Source: Nannocystis bainbridge (lineage in GTDB: Bacteria; Myxococcota_A; Polyangia; Nannocystales; Nannocystaceae). From it: a stretch of DNA of 64,000 bases. The DNA lies in contig NZ_JAQNDL010000001.1 of the NCBI RefSeq assembly GCF_028368995.1, positions 4,064,001 to 4,128,000 on the forward strand, read 5' to 3'. Shown here one piece after another: positions 21,495 to 34,454 of the stretch. Every line of letters starts with the position of its first letter. Position 1 is the stretch's first letter. The position numbers and the translations under genes were made by a program. The notes beneath the pieces were generated by a model. That model was not told the origin of the DNA, searched no databases, and was given only the letters and a program-made list of their open reading frames with translations.

Positions 21495-23009
21495 ATGGAC
21501 CCCTTGAAGCACACGATCGCTCCCCCCCGCGCGGCCGCGCTCCTCGCAGCCGGTATTGGCCTCTTCTCCCTCACCGCTTGCGGCGACGACTCCGACCCAC
21601 TGCTGTCGGCCTCCGCGACGCTCTCCGCGGGCCCGACCTCGAACCCGGGCACCAGCAACCCATCGTCCGGCGCTTCGACCGACGACCCCACCGGCGGCAC
21701 CACTGGCGACCCCACCGAGGGCGGCACGGGTGACACCGAAGACACGACCGGCGAGCCGCAGGACGGCCCGCACGCGCTCGGCACCATCTTCCTCGGCGAG
21801 AGCCACCCGGCCGCCGGCGGCAGCATCTCCCCGGCCGTGTCCGCGAGCTTCGTCCCCGACGCCGGCACCGGCGCGGGCCAGGGCTGTACCGAGAGCGTCG
21901 CCGGCTGTCAGTTGGCGCTCGTGCCCGACTGTGGCAGCGGCTGCGACGCCGACGAGTACTGCGGCTTCGACGACAGCTGCGACGCGACATGCCTGCGGAT
22001 CTGCGACGCCCAGTGCGGCGCCGACGAGGTCTGTTACTTCCCGGCCCCGAACACGCCCGGCTGCAAGAAGATCGAGTCGTTCGACGCCGGCGCGCTGACC
22101 TTCCTCGGCACGCCGATCGCGATCACTCTGTTCCCGCCGTACGCCTTCATGAGCGACGACAACGCCGCGCCGTTCGCCCCCGGCGGCACGGCCAAGGTGC
22201 AGGCGTCGGGCGCCAGCAACGCCGGCTTCGAGGCATTCGAGAAGGAGTTCACGGGCACGGCGTTCATCCAGACCAGCCCGAAGCTCGATGCCCTCGACTT
22301 CGCCCAGGTGTTCGGCGACGGCCCGCTGCCGGTGCGCTGGACCCCCGGCGACGGCGAGGTCACGATCACCGCGACCGTCACCTCCAGCGACTTCGCCGTC
22401 GGCACCGTCACCTGCAAGGCCGACGATGCCAGCGGCAAGTTCGACCTCCCGCGCGCGGCGCTCGAGGCGGCGGTCGACGGCGACCCGGCGGTCAACATCG
22501 CCGTGTCGGTGCAGCGCCAGCGCGTCGACGTGTACAAGGACCTGGCCACCAAGGGCGAGCTCACCGGCGTCACCGTGCAGCCGGTCGGCCACCTGCGCAT
22601 CGTCACCAGCTCGACCGAGTTCCACGCGTTCCAGGGCTGCAACCCCGGCGAGGCGGTGTGCAACAACACCTGCGTCGACGTGCAGTACGACGCCGCCAAC
22701 TGCGGCGGCTGCGGCAAGGCCTGCAGCGGCGACGACAGCTGCATCGAGGGCACCTGCAACGGCATCGAAGCCTGCAACGCCTGCGCCGCGGACTCCATGA
22801 CCGGCGGCTGCAAGGCCGAGAACGACGCTTGCGCCGCCAACGCGGCCTGCAAGGCGCTCGAGACCTGCATCGCCGGCTGCCAGGACCAGGAGTGCCTCTA
22901 CATGTGCGGCATGAACGTCGAGACCGCGACGATCGACCTCTACAACGCGCAGATCCAGTGCCTCTGCGACGAGGTGTGCGTCGGCGAGTGCAACGGTCTG
23001 TGCAGCTGA
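21495..23009 (+). CDS. Cys-rich lipoprotein
   Basis: LTAC lipobox; Thr/Gly linker; CVD...D.ANCGGCG.AC and other Cys-rich modules. Confidence 0.8.
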   Translation: MDPLKHTIAPPRAAALLAAGIGLFSLTACGDDSDPLLSASATLSAGPTSNPGTSNPSSGASTDDPTGGTTGDPTEGGTGDTEDTTGEPQDGPHALGTIFLGESHPAAGGSISPAVSASFVPDAGTGAGQGCTESVAGCQLALVPDCGSGCDADEYCGFDDSCDATCLRICDAQCGADEVCYFPAPNTPGCKKIESFDAGALTFLGTPIAITLFPPYAFMSDDNAAPFAPGGTAKVQASGASNAGFEAFEKEFTGTAFIQTSPKLDALDFAQVFGDGPLPVRWTPGDGEVTITATVTSSDFAVGTVTCKADDASGKFDLPRAALEAAVDGDPAVNIAVSVQRQRVDVYKDLATKGELTGVTVQPVGHLRIVTSSTEFHAFQGCNPGEAVCNNTCVDVQYDAANCGGCGKACSGDDSCIEGTCNGIEACNACAADSMTGGCKAENDACAANAACKALETCIAGCQDQECLYMCGMNVETATIDLYNAQIQCLCDEVCVGECNGLCS

Positions 23010-23087
23010 GCCGATGCCCGTGCGCCTGTCCGTCGGGACAGGCGCGCGGCGCCCCGCCCTGATCACCGGCTCACGCGCGGGCCCGAA

Positions 23088-23606
23088 TCAACCTGACCGT
23101 TCGGCCAGGTACTCGGCGGCCCGCTTGACGTAGACCGTCCAGGCGTACTCGATCCACTCGCGGTCCTTGGCCGTGAGCTGGCGGACCACCCGGAACGGGT
23201 TGCCCATCACCATCTCGCCCGAGCGCACGACCTTGCCGGGCGGGATCAGCGTGCCGGCGCCGACGAACGACCACGGCTCGACGACCGCGTTGTCGAGCAC
23301 GATCGAGCCCATGCCGACGAGGCAGTCGTCCCCGATCGTGCAGCCGTGGAGGATGACCTTGTGGCCGACGGTGACGCGCGCGCCGACGCTGGTGTGCGAG
23401 ACGCCCTCGGTCGCGTGGATCACCGTGCCGTCCTGGATCGACGTGTCGGAGCCGATCACGATCGCCCCGTCGTCGCCGCGCAGCACCGCCGCCGGCCAGA
23501 TCGAGGCGCGCGGGCCGACGACGACGTCGCCGATCAGCGTCGCCGCCTCGTGCACGAACGCGGTCGGGGCGACCTGGGGCCGGATGCCGCGGAGCTTCTC
23601 CAGCAT
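23088..23606 (-). CDS. Gamma carbonic anhydrase/YrdA-like hexapeptide-repeat protein
   Basis: IGDVVVG, LRGD, IQDG.VIH, VGH..ILHGC. Confidence 0.9.
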   Translation of the reverse strand: MLEKLRGIRPQVAPTAFVHEAATLIGDVVVGPRASIWPAAVLRGDDGAIVIGSDTSIQDGTVIHATEGVSHTSVGARVTVGHKVILHGCTIGDDCLVGMGSIVLDNAVVEPWSFVGAGTLIPPGKVVRSGEMVMGNPFRVVRQLTAKDREWIEYAWTVYVKRAAEYLAERSG

Positions 23607-23632
23607 GGCGCCTCGCGTACCTGGCCGAAGGG

Positions 23633-25084
23633 TCAGGTAAGGACCAGGAAGGCGACCACGCCGCCGCCCACCAGCAGCAGCACGAGGACGATGATCCACG
23701 CCGAGCCGCCCTCGCCCTTGTTGGTGGGCTCGGGGGGCCGGGCGGTGCGCGGGTCGGGCGGGATGGTGCGGTTGCCCGGCGGCGGGCGCTTGGGCAGCTT
23801 GTTGTCGCCGCCCGGCGAGGTCTTCGGCCGCGGGTTGTCCTTGCCGAGCCCGAGCTGGTCGACCAGGGGCTGGTCGTTCTTGTCGGGCAGCGGCTCGGTC
23901 GGGGTCGGCGACAGGCCCAGGCGGTTCGGCGTGACCCCGCCCGGCGCCGGCGTGAACACGTCGACGTCGAGCGGCTGGCTCGGGTCGTGCTGCTGCTGCT
24001 CGCCGAGCGTGACGACCGGCTGCGCGCCCGCGGAGGCCTCTTTCTTGTCCTCCTGGCCGAGCGAGCGGAAGTGCAGCATCTCCTCGTTGATGAGGTTGAT
24101 GATGAGGTTGTTGCCGCCGGGCGAGCGCTCCTGCTGGGCCTTGTTCTCGGCCTGGCGCCGCTCCGCCTCCTGCTCCTCGCGGATCGGGCGGCAGAAGTCG
24201 ATCATGTCGCGCGCCGAGACCTTGAGCCGGTGCGTGAACAGGAACCCGAGCAGCCCCTCGGCGAAGTCGTCGGCGGTCTGATAGCGCTGCGAGATGTCCT
24301 TGTGCAGGGCCTTGAACAGCACCTGCTCGAGGTCCTCGGGCACGTTCGGGTTGTACTGGCGGATGCTCGGGACCTCGCCCGCGCGGACCAGGGCGATCGT
24401 CTCGTAGTCGTTCTTGCCGCGGAACAGCCGCCGGCCGGTCAGCATCTCGAAGCCGAGGATGCCCGCCGCGTAGAGGTCGGCGCGCGCGTCGATCTCCTCG
24501 GCGCGAGCTGCCTCAGGGGACAGGTAGCTGTACTTGCCCTTGACCACGCCCGGGTCGGTCGACTCGAGCTGCGTGGTCGCCTTGGCCAGGCCGAAGTCCG
24601 TCAGCTTGACCTCGCCGTTCCACGAGATCAGGATGTTCGGCGGCGAGATGTCGCGGTGGATGATGCCGAGCGGCCGCCCGGTCTCGCTGTCCGGGAGGCG
24701 GTGGGCGTACGACAGGCCCTTCAGCACCTCGTTGAGGATGAAGACGGTGAGCGGCACCGGCATCGGCCCGCCGCGCTTCACCTGGCTCTCGAGCAGCGTC
24801 TTCATGTTTATGCCATGGACGAAGTCCATGACGATGAAGTAGGTGCTGTCGCTCTCGCCGATGTCGAAGACGGAGACGATGTTCGCGTGGGCCAGCCGCA
24901 GGCTCAGCCGGGCCTCGTCGAGGAACATGCGGACGAACCGCTGATCCTTGATGAGGCCGGGAAGGATGCGCTTGATGGCGACCTTCTTCTTGAAGCCCGC
25001 CATCGACTCGGCCTCGGCGACGTACACCTCGGCCATGCCGCCGGCGTCGAGCTTGAAGAGGGGTCGGTAGCGTTGCGAGGTCAT
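23633..25084 (-). CDS. Hanks-type Ser/Thr protein kinase with C-terminal TM
   Basis: GGMAEVY, VAIKRI, HRDISPPN, DFGLAK, YLSPE. Confidence 0.93.
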   Translation of the reverse strand: MTSQRYRPLFKLDAGGMAEVYVAEAESMAGFKKKVAIKRILPGLIKDQRFVRMFLDEARLSLRLAHANIVSVFDIGESDSTYFIVMDFVHGINMKTLLESQVKRGGPMPVPLTVFILNEVLKGLSYAHRLPDSETGRPLGIIHRDISPPNILISWNGEVKLTDFGLAKATTQLESTDPGVVKGKYSYLSPEAARAEEIDARADLYAAGILGFEMLTGRRLFRGKNDYETIALVRAGEVPSIRQYNPNVPEDLEQVLFKALHKDISQRYQTADDFAEGLLGFLFTHRLKVSARDMIDFCRPIREEQEAERRQAENKAQQERSPGGNNLIINLINEEMLHFRSLGQEDKKEASAGAQPVVTLGEQQQHDPSQPLDVDVFTPAPGGVTPNRLGLSPTPTEPLPDKNDQPLVDQLGLGKDNPRPKTSPGGDNKLPKRPPPGNRTIPPDPRTARPPEPTNKGEGGSAWIIVLVLLLVGGGVVAFLVLT

Positions 25085-25217
25085 GACGGCGCGGAGTTTT
25101 CGGCGGGTCGGCCCTGTCGGGCAGAGAAATATTCAATCTCGCGGAGCGTGCAAATCGCGGTGACAAACCGCGAAAACGCGAGGCAGTGTAACAAAGGTTT
25201 CGGCTCCAGGGCGCGCA

Positions 25218-26537
25218 TCATCCGGGCCCGGGCCGCGGGGCCGGAACCGCCGCCGGCTGCCGAACAGGCGGTCCGGCGGGCGCTGTCGAGCTTGTCTGCG
25301 CGCGCGGCGGATCGTACTGGGTGAGCACCAGCCGTACGACACCGAACCAGATGTCGCTCTCCACGGCCAGCGGGATGCGGCGACCATCGGCGCTCACCCA
25401 AACCCGCATTTTATACGCTTTTTTGCCGGGAATTGCAGCGCCGTAGCGGTCGACGCGGGTGATCGTCCCCTCGAATTGTTGCACCTGGTCGGGAGCGATC
25501 CCCAGGGCCGTACCGATCGGCGGCATCCCGTCGAACCGGACCATCCCCTTGCCGGTGATGTCGACGCGCAGCAGCACCGTGCCGTCGAGCCCGTACGCCT
25601 TGACCTTCTCGCCCGGCTTGAGCTCGAGCGAGCGGACCCACGCCATGATCGACAGCGGGTCGAAGGTGTCGACCGGCAGCCGCCGCCGCTGCGTCGACGA
25701 CCGCTCGTCGCGCTTGTCGGCGATCTCGACGAAGCCGCGGCCGAAGAACGTGGTGGTCGTCTCGCGCCGCTTGTACGAGCCGGGCAGGCCCTCGCGGCGG
25801 GTGATCGAGCCGGTCTCGAGCGGCGCGCCGGTGGTGGCGTCGACGTAGGCGGCCATGTCGTAGACGAGGGTGGTGAGCAGGGCGACGACGCCGCTGGTGC
25901 GGGCGAAGCCCTCGAGGCGGACGCGGTCGGGCGAGCCGTTCGGGCCCGGCTCGCGGGCGACGACCCCCGCCTCGGCGATGCCGGTCGGGTTGCCGCCAAA
26001 GATGATGTCGTACTTGAACTTCTCGCCGGGCTGCAGCGTGAAGCCGAAGTCCGGCGGCCGCGGCGAGGCCCGCAGCCGCCGCGAACGGTCGATCAGCGGC
26101 GGCCGCGACAGCTCACCGCTGCGCCCGACCAGCGGCGACAGCCCCTGCTCGTCGCGCCCCTGCACGAGGGCGTTCGGCGGCTCGACGCGCGGCAGCCGAG
26201 ACCCATCTGTTGCAAAAAATCCGAGGTCGATCTCCGGCGCCGCCAGGCGACCCTCGGGCCGCGGTGCAGGCTCCGGCGGGGGCTCGCTGCGCGGCTGCTT
26301 CGACGGCGTGATGCGAACCGCCTTGTCCGGCGCGGCGGACCCGGTGGTCGCAGGCGTCGTCGTCGCCGGCGTGGGGCTCGCCGGCGCTTCGCTCGGCGCG
26401 GCGCGAGCATCGGCGTCACGCGGCATGCTCCAGGTGACCGCGCCCGCGGAGGCGCACAGCACCGATGTAGCGAGGGCCGCGAGGGCCGCGCTCAAGGTCG
26501 CGCGTGTAGGCCGCGGGTGAGGAGGGCGCTTCGTCAT
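25218..26537 (-). CDS. DUF3108-like exported protein
   Basis: N-terminal TM/signal, Pro-rich linker, PGEKFKY, DPLS, VWVSADGRRIPL. Confidence 0.65.
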   Translation of the reverse strand: MTKRPPHPRPTRATLSAALAALATSVLCASAGAVTWSMPRDADARAAPSEAPASPTPATTTPATTGSAAPDKAVRITPSKQPRSEPPPEPAPRPEGRLAAPEIDLGFFATDGSRLPRVEPPNALVQGRDEQGLSPLVGRSGELSRPPLIDRSRRLRASPRPPDFGFTLQPGEKFKYDIIFGGNPTGIAEAGVVAREPGPNGSPDRVRLEGFARTSGVVALLTTLVYDMAAYVDATTGAPLETGSITRREGLPGSYKRRETTTTFFGRGFVEIADKRDERSSTQRRRLPVDTFDPLSIMAWVRSLELKPGEKVKAYGLDGTVLLRVDITGKGMVRFDGMPPIGTALGIAPDQVQQFEGTITRVDRYGAAIPGKKAYKMRVWVSADGRRIPLAVESDIWFGVVRLVLTQYDPPRAQTSSTAPAGPPVRQPAAVPAPRPGPG

Positions 26538-26551
26538 GACGCGAGGCAAAG

Positions 26552-27531
26552 ATGGTAGAGTGCCGGCCCTTTTCCGCCAACTTCAGGGAGCGCTTGAGTA
26601 CCGCACTGCCAGCTGTGCCGCACCTCGTGGTGACGCAAGGCGACCCCGAGGGGATCGGCCCGGAGCTGTTGCTCCGGCTGGGTGACGCCGGCGCGCTCCG
26701 CACAGGAGATCGCGTCGTGGCCGATCGCGAGCGCCTGGTCGGGCTCGCGCGCGCCCTCGCCACCCCGTGGGCGACCCGCGGCCTCGAGGCGATCGCCCCG
26801 CTGGTCGACGACGTGCGCGGCGGTCAGGTCGCGGCGCTGGTCCGCGGCGTCGACCTCGTGCTCGAGCACCCGGGCGCCGCGCTGGTGACCGCGCCGATCG
26901 ACAAGGCCGCGTGCAAGGCCGAGGGCTTCGTTTTCCCCGGTCACACCGAGTACCTGGCCCACCGCGCCGGCGTCGACGACTTCGCGATGTTGATGATCGG
27001 CCCGCGCCTGCGCGTGGTGCCGGTGACGATCCACGTGCCGCTGCGCGCGGTGCCCGAGCTGCTGACGCCGGCCGCGATCGTGCGCTGCGGCAAGCTGCTG
27101 GCGCGCACGCTGGTGCATCACCTCGGCCTCCCGGGCCCGCGGATCGGGGTGCTCGGCCTCAACCCGCACGCCGGCGAGCGCGGCATGCTCGGCGACGAGG
27201 AGTTCCGGATCGTCGCCCCCGCGATCGCCGAGCTGACGGCGTGGGCCGCCGCGGAGGCGCTGCCGTGCAGCTTCGTCGGCCCGCTCGCGGCCGACACCGC
27301 GTTCGTCACCCACCTCGATGGCGGCCTCGACGGCCTGCTCGCCATGTACCACGACCAGGGCCTGGGGCCCTTCAAGCTGCTGCACATGCGCGACGGCGTC
27401 AACATGACCCTCGGGCTCCCGTTCACCCGCACCTCGCCCGACCACGGCACCGCGCGTGACATCGCGGGCCGCGGGGTCGCCGATCCCAGCAGCATGCTGG
27501 CGGCCGTCGCCCTCGCTCGGGGACATGTACC

Positions 27532-27535
<4 letters not shown>
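26552..27535 (+). CDS. pdxA: 4-hydroxythreonine-4-phosphate dehydrogenase
   Basis: GDPEGIGPE, TAPIDK, GHTEYL, NPHAGE, MYHDQG, RTSPDHGTA; true start may be about 26616. Confidence 0.92.
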
Positions 27536-30909
<3,374 letters not shown>

Positions 30910-30910
30910 A

Positions 30911-30962
30911 GAGCATGTCCGACGGGGCATGTCGCCGAGGACATCCCCTGTGGGCCACGTCA
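30911..30962. repeat. 14-bp-phased CATG array (4 units, last two degenerate)
   Basis: CATG 30914, CATG 30928, CATC 30942, CACG 30956; between convergent uvrA and hcp. Confidence 0.8.
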
Positions 30963-31523
30963 CCGCTTGACGTTGTGCTTCTCCCAGTCATCCGAGGCGG
31001 TGACGTTGCCGTCGCGCCAGATCCACTCGATCTTCTGGTAGGTCAGGCTGACCTCCTGCACGACCTGGTCGTTCGGCCCCGGCAGCAGGCGGATCGCGGC
31101 GATGCTGGCGTTCGTCAGCTTGACCGTGTACGTCAGCGTCTCCGCCCCCTTGGCGTCCGGCCCGAACACGTTGAGCTCGACCGACGTCAGCAGCTCGTTG
31201 TCGAGGAACGCCTGCTGGATCGTCGGCGTCGCCTTGCCCAGCTCCATCGTCAACACCAGCGGCTTGTGCTGGCGCCTGCCGGTCGCCAGGCCCGAGGCCG
31301 CGTCGCGCGGCATGCTGACCTCGTGGTCCAGCGAGAGGATCGCGATCATGTTCTCGCGGCCCTTCTTCACCACGCTGCCCTTGATGTCCCCGACCTTCTG
31401 GCCCTTCATCCGCAGGTAGGCGTTGAGCGCCGCCTCGGCCTCCGCGAACGGGGCGAGCGCCACCCCCGACACACACGCCACCAGCGCCAGCGAACGCAAC
31501 AGCTGCTTGCTCGACATCGACAT
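30960..31523 (-). CDS. hcp: Hcp/TssD type VI secretion tube-family protein with N-terminal signal peptide
   Basis: [65 protein letters not shown]; AGGAG RBS upstream. Confidence 0.88.
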   Translation of the reverse strand: MSMSSKQLLRSLALVACVSGVALAPFAEAEAALNAYLRMKGQKVGDIKGSVVKKGRENMIAILSLDHEVSMPRDAASGLATGRRQHKPLVLTMELGKATPTIQQAFLDNELLTSVELNVFGPDAKGAETLTYTVKLTNASIAAIRLLPGPNDQVVQEVSLTYQKIEWIWRDGNVTASDDWEKHNVKR

Positions 31524-31699
31524 CGTGCTCCTGCGCGACGAACCCTCGCGCGCGAGGCAAGGTACCGCGGATCGTTCACCCACCGCACGCACGCGGGCGA
31601 GCGCGCCGGCGCGCTACGCATAGTTCACGCGCGATGTCGCGGCGGTGCGCTCGCCTCATGCGCTGGGGGCTGCGAGTGACGGGCCGAGCGTAGCAATGA

Positions 31700-31764
31700 G
31701 CGCCTGCTCGTCACGACATGTCACAATGGACACATCGATCACACATGTCCTTTGGATCATGTCG
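31700..31764. repeat. 14-bp-phased CATG pairs
   Basis: CCTG 31703/CATG 31717 and CATG 31744/31758. Confidence 0.65.
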
Positions 31765-31774
31765 ACAACGCGCC

Positions 31775-31804
31775 GGCGGCCCCATGGGGCCCCATGGGGC
31801 CGCC
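31775..31804. promoter_or_regulatory. Perfect 30-bp palindrome in divergent promoter region
   Basis: GGCGGCCCCATGGGGCCCCATGGGGCCGCC. Confidence 0.5.
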
Positions 31805-31954
31805 CCGTGGCCGAAGCTTCATGCCGGCCCGCCTGACCGCGGCGGTGGCTGAATCTCCACGACAAAATTGCGGCACGTCGATTGCCAAAGGGGCCCGGCA
31901 GCCGGGGCGAATCATCGCCCGGCCCGCCGCCATCTCCCTGGAATAGAGAACCGC

Positions 31955-32848
31955 ATGAACACCCGAATGATGATGCCCAGCTGGATCCCCTGCATTGCCC
32001 TCGCCGCCGTCGCCGCTCTCGCGAGCAGCGGCTGTGACGATTCGAGCCCGAGCCTCGACAGCGCCGACGACGACAGCGCGGCGGAGAGCCGCACCGTGGT
32101 CGGCAGCGAACTCGCGCGGATCGACGGCGTCGACGGACGTACCCTGACCTTCCTCGACCTCGGTGACGGCGACATCGGCGTGCTCGAGGCGCGGACCTCC
32201 GGCCAGCCCTCGGGGCTGCTGAGCCTGAGGGCCGAGGACGCGTCGCCACTCGAGATCTACATGGCCGCCGAGGGCGCCGATTCAGCCGTGATCGCCCGCC
32301 TGCGCACCAACCACGACGCTCTGGGCAAGGACACGCCGCGCCCGCTCAAGGCCAACCCGATGATCCCGCTGATCCCGCTCGACCTCAGCACCCACGGATA
32401 CAAGGACATCGAGAACTACTGCGACGATCCCTACTGGGGCGACAAGTGGGAGTACGACCTCGACGTGCTCAGCCAGCATCACGCCTCCTCGTTCCGCGAC
32501 AACGTGAGCCTGGGCGCTTCGGTGTACTTCTATCCCGGCTCGAGCAACAACACGGTGACGTGGCTCGGCATCTGCACCCAGGACCAGAACGACGCCCTCA
32601 ACGACGGCAAGGAGTTCACCGTCCAGAAGCTGACGTCCAGCACCTGGACCGACACCACCACCGCCTACAGGGAACTCGACGCCGACGAGCCCGCCAACTC
32701 GTACGTCTTCTACGCCAGCAGCCCGGGCGGCGCCCGCTACCGCGGCAAGGTGGCGCCGTGGTCGGCCATGTACGGCACCGGCGCCTCGCAGACCGGCACC
32801 TCTTACGGGATCGCCGTCGCCTACACCCCGTACACCATCGTCCCCTGA
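31955..32848 (+). CDS. Hypothetical lipoprotein
   Basis: ALASSGC lipobox; aromatic/Thr-rich C-terminal domain. Confidence 0.75.
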   Translation: MNTRMMMPSWIPCIALAAVAALASSGCDDSSPSLDSADDDSAAESRTVVGSELARIDGVDGRTLTFLDLGDGDIGVLEARTSGQPSGLLSLRAEDASPLEIYMAAEGADSAVIARLRTNHDALGKDTPRPLKANPMIPLIPLDLSTHGYKDIENYCDDPYWGDKWEYDLDVLSQHHASSFRDNVSLGASVYFYPGSSNNTVTWLGICTQDQNDALNDGKEFTVQKLTSSTWTDTTTAYRELDADEPANSYVFYASSPGGARYRGKVAPWSAMYGTGASQTGTSYGIAVAYTPYTIVP

Positions 32849-32860
32849 GGCGGCGAATGG

Positions 32861-32894
32861 ACGAGTCACATGTCTTTAAGGACATGTGACTCGT
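32861..32894. terminator. Hairpin built on the CATG pair motif
   Basis: ACGAGTCACATGTC-TTTAAG-GACATGTGACTCGT, 14-bp perfect stem just after a stop codon; no U-tract. Confidence 0.45.
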
Positions 32895-33231
32895 ATCGGC
32901 CCGTCGCGGCGGCGTATACCGCCGCGCCTGTCCGAGATCGATCGCCCGCGGGCATCACCGATCCGAGCGACGTCGCCCGGAAGCAGCAGGTCGACCGCGC
33001 ATGCCACCGCCGAGATCGTCGCAGGCCGGAGATGCGCGTGACGACACTGGTGCGACCCGGCCGACGTCGGCCGCGAGCGCTCTGCGGGGCCCCATGCAGC
33101 GTCAGCGACGCTCTGTGCGCCCACACGCGCCGGGCCGGCCGTGGGACCGGTCGCGCTGGCCGAGCCCGCGTCGGCCCCCTGCGCTCATGCGCCCGCGGTC
33201 GCGTGCTACGGTTCTTTGGAGGAGGCTCGCG

Positions 33232-33333
33232 ATGAAGAACGACAAGAAGACCCGTCCCTTGACGATCAAGTCCGGCGTGCGCGGCGGCACCAGGCACGAC
33301 ACCATGAAGAACTCGGTCGGCAACATCCGCTGA
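33232..33333 (+). CDS. 33-aa small peptide, possible double-Gly precursor
   Basis: Strong GGAGGAGG RBS at 33218-33225; MKNDKKTRPLTIKSGVRGGTRHDTMKNSVGNIR; GC-ending codons. Confidence 0.7.
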   Translation: MKNDKKTRPLTIKSGVRGGTRHDTMKNSVGNIR

Positions 33334-33447
33334 CCAGCCGCCCCGGCGTCGCCACGACGGCGACCCGGGGCGCTTCGTATCGTCCGCCTCGACGCGGCCG
33401 CGGATCTCGGACCGCGTGCGAGCTCGGTCTGTCCCAAAGGCCAGCCC

Positions 33448-34449
33448 GTGAAATGTCCGGTCTGCCACGACCATCCAGGCGTCTCGCGCCATTGCCGGCG
33501 GCGCCTTGACGCATCGCATGAGCTGGGTCAAATTGCGCGTCGTCTGATGTTCTCTCTCGAGCATCCGCGGCTCGCCCAGCCTCCCGGCGCGGACGAGGGC
33601 GTCCGGCGATTGCTGCATGCGGAGCGCACGGGGGTCCTGCGGACCTACGAGCTGCGGCTTCGCGGCAGCACCTTGGTGACGGCGGTGGGTCGGCCCGAGC
33701 GCAGGTTTCCGCTGCGCACCACCGCGACTGTCCGGCCCGCCGCCGCTGTCGCTTACCTCGAGCGGCAGGTCGCGGCTCTGCTGGCGAAGGGTGCTCGCTT
33801 GCTCGCCGACGACGCCGCCTTCCCGGTCATCGACGAGCCGCGCTTCAAGAGCTTGCCCGGCGTCGAGCCCGAGGTCGCCAGCGAGGTCGCGCGCAGCCTG
33901 CGGGCGCACCGGCGCAAGTTCGCCATGCTCGACAAGCTGCAGTGGGCCGCCGGCGACGACTGGGACCTGCTGATCTGGTCGCTCGTGCGGGCCGGCCGCG
34001 TCCAGCCGCACCGCGACGTCGAGCTGTGGTTGCTCCTCGCCGACGCCGCGCTCGAGGGCGACGCCGTCACGGTGATGGATCTGCTCGTCAGGGTCGGCCC
34101 GCTCACCGAGCTCTATCGCGGTCGCGGCTACGACGAATACGCCGAGGCCATCCCCGGCGGCGACGCGGCCACCGAGGCGCTGCTGTGGCACGCCTACCTC
34201 GACGATCGCCGGCACGTGAACGCGCGGGCTGATGTCCTCCCGACGAATCTGCAGCGCGGCCTGTGGCTGATCCGCGCCCGCGCCGGCGAGCCCGTGCCCG
34301 CGGCGGTCGCCGGCGAGCTCGCCGCGTGGCTGCAGGCCCACCCGCGCCCGTTCACCCCGCTCGAGGCGCTCGACGGCGGCGCCTTTGTCCGCCTCGACGT
34401 CCCGGAGCTGTTGCGCCGCATCGAGGCCCTGGCCGAGGGCCCGGCCTGA
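33448..34449 (+). CDS. Hypothetical protein, possible degenerate WGR-like N-terminal domain
   Basis: YELRLRGSTLVTAVGR...YLERQVAALLAKGA; start uncertain (33448 or 33547). Confidence 0.55.
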   Translation: MKCPVCHDHPGVSRHCRRRLDASHELGQIARRLMFSLEHPRLAQPPGADEGVRRLLHAERTGVLRTYELRLRGSTLVTAVGRPERRFPLRTTATVRPAAAVAYLERQVAALLAKGARLLADDAAFPVIDEPRFKSLPGVEPEVASEVARSLRAHRRKFAMLDKLQWAAGDDWDLLIWSLVRAGRVQPHRDVELWLLLADAALEGDAVTVMDLLVRVGPLTELYRGRGYDEYAEAIPGGDAATEALLWHAYLDDRRHVNARADVLPTNLQRGLWLIRARAGEPVPAAVAGELAAWLQAHPRPFTPLEALDGGAFVRLDVPELLRRIEALAEGPA

Positions 34450-34454
34450 CGCTC

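Noticed and set aside
23022-23045. CTGT-N8-ACAG, matching the geometry of the E. coli LexA SOS box
   Set aside because: It is one member of the very frequent 14-bp family, lies after stop codons or inside genes rather than at SOS promoters, and has a GC-rich spacer
30960-31523. Type VI secretion cluster
   Set aside because: Only hcp is present; no vgrG, tssB/C or baseplate genes in the window
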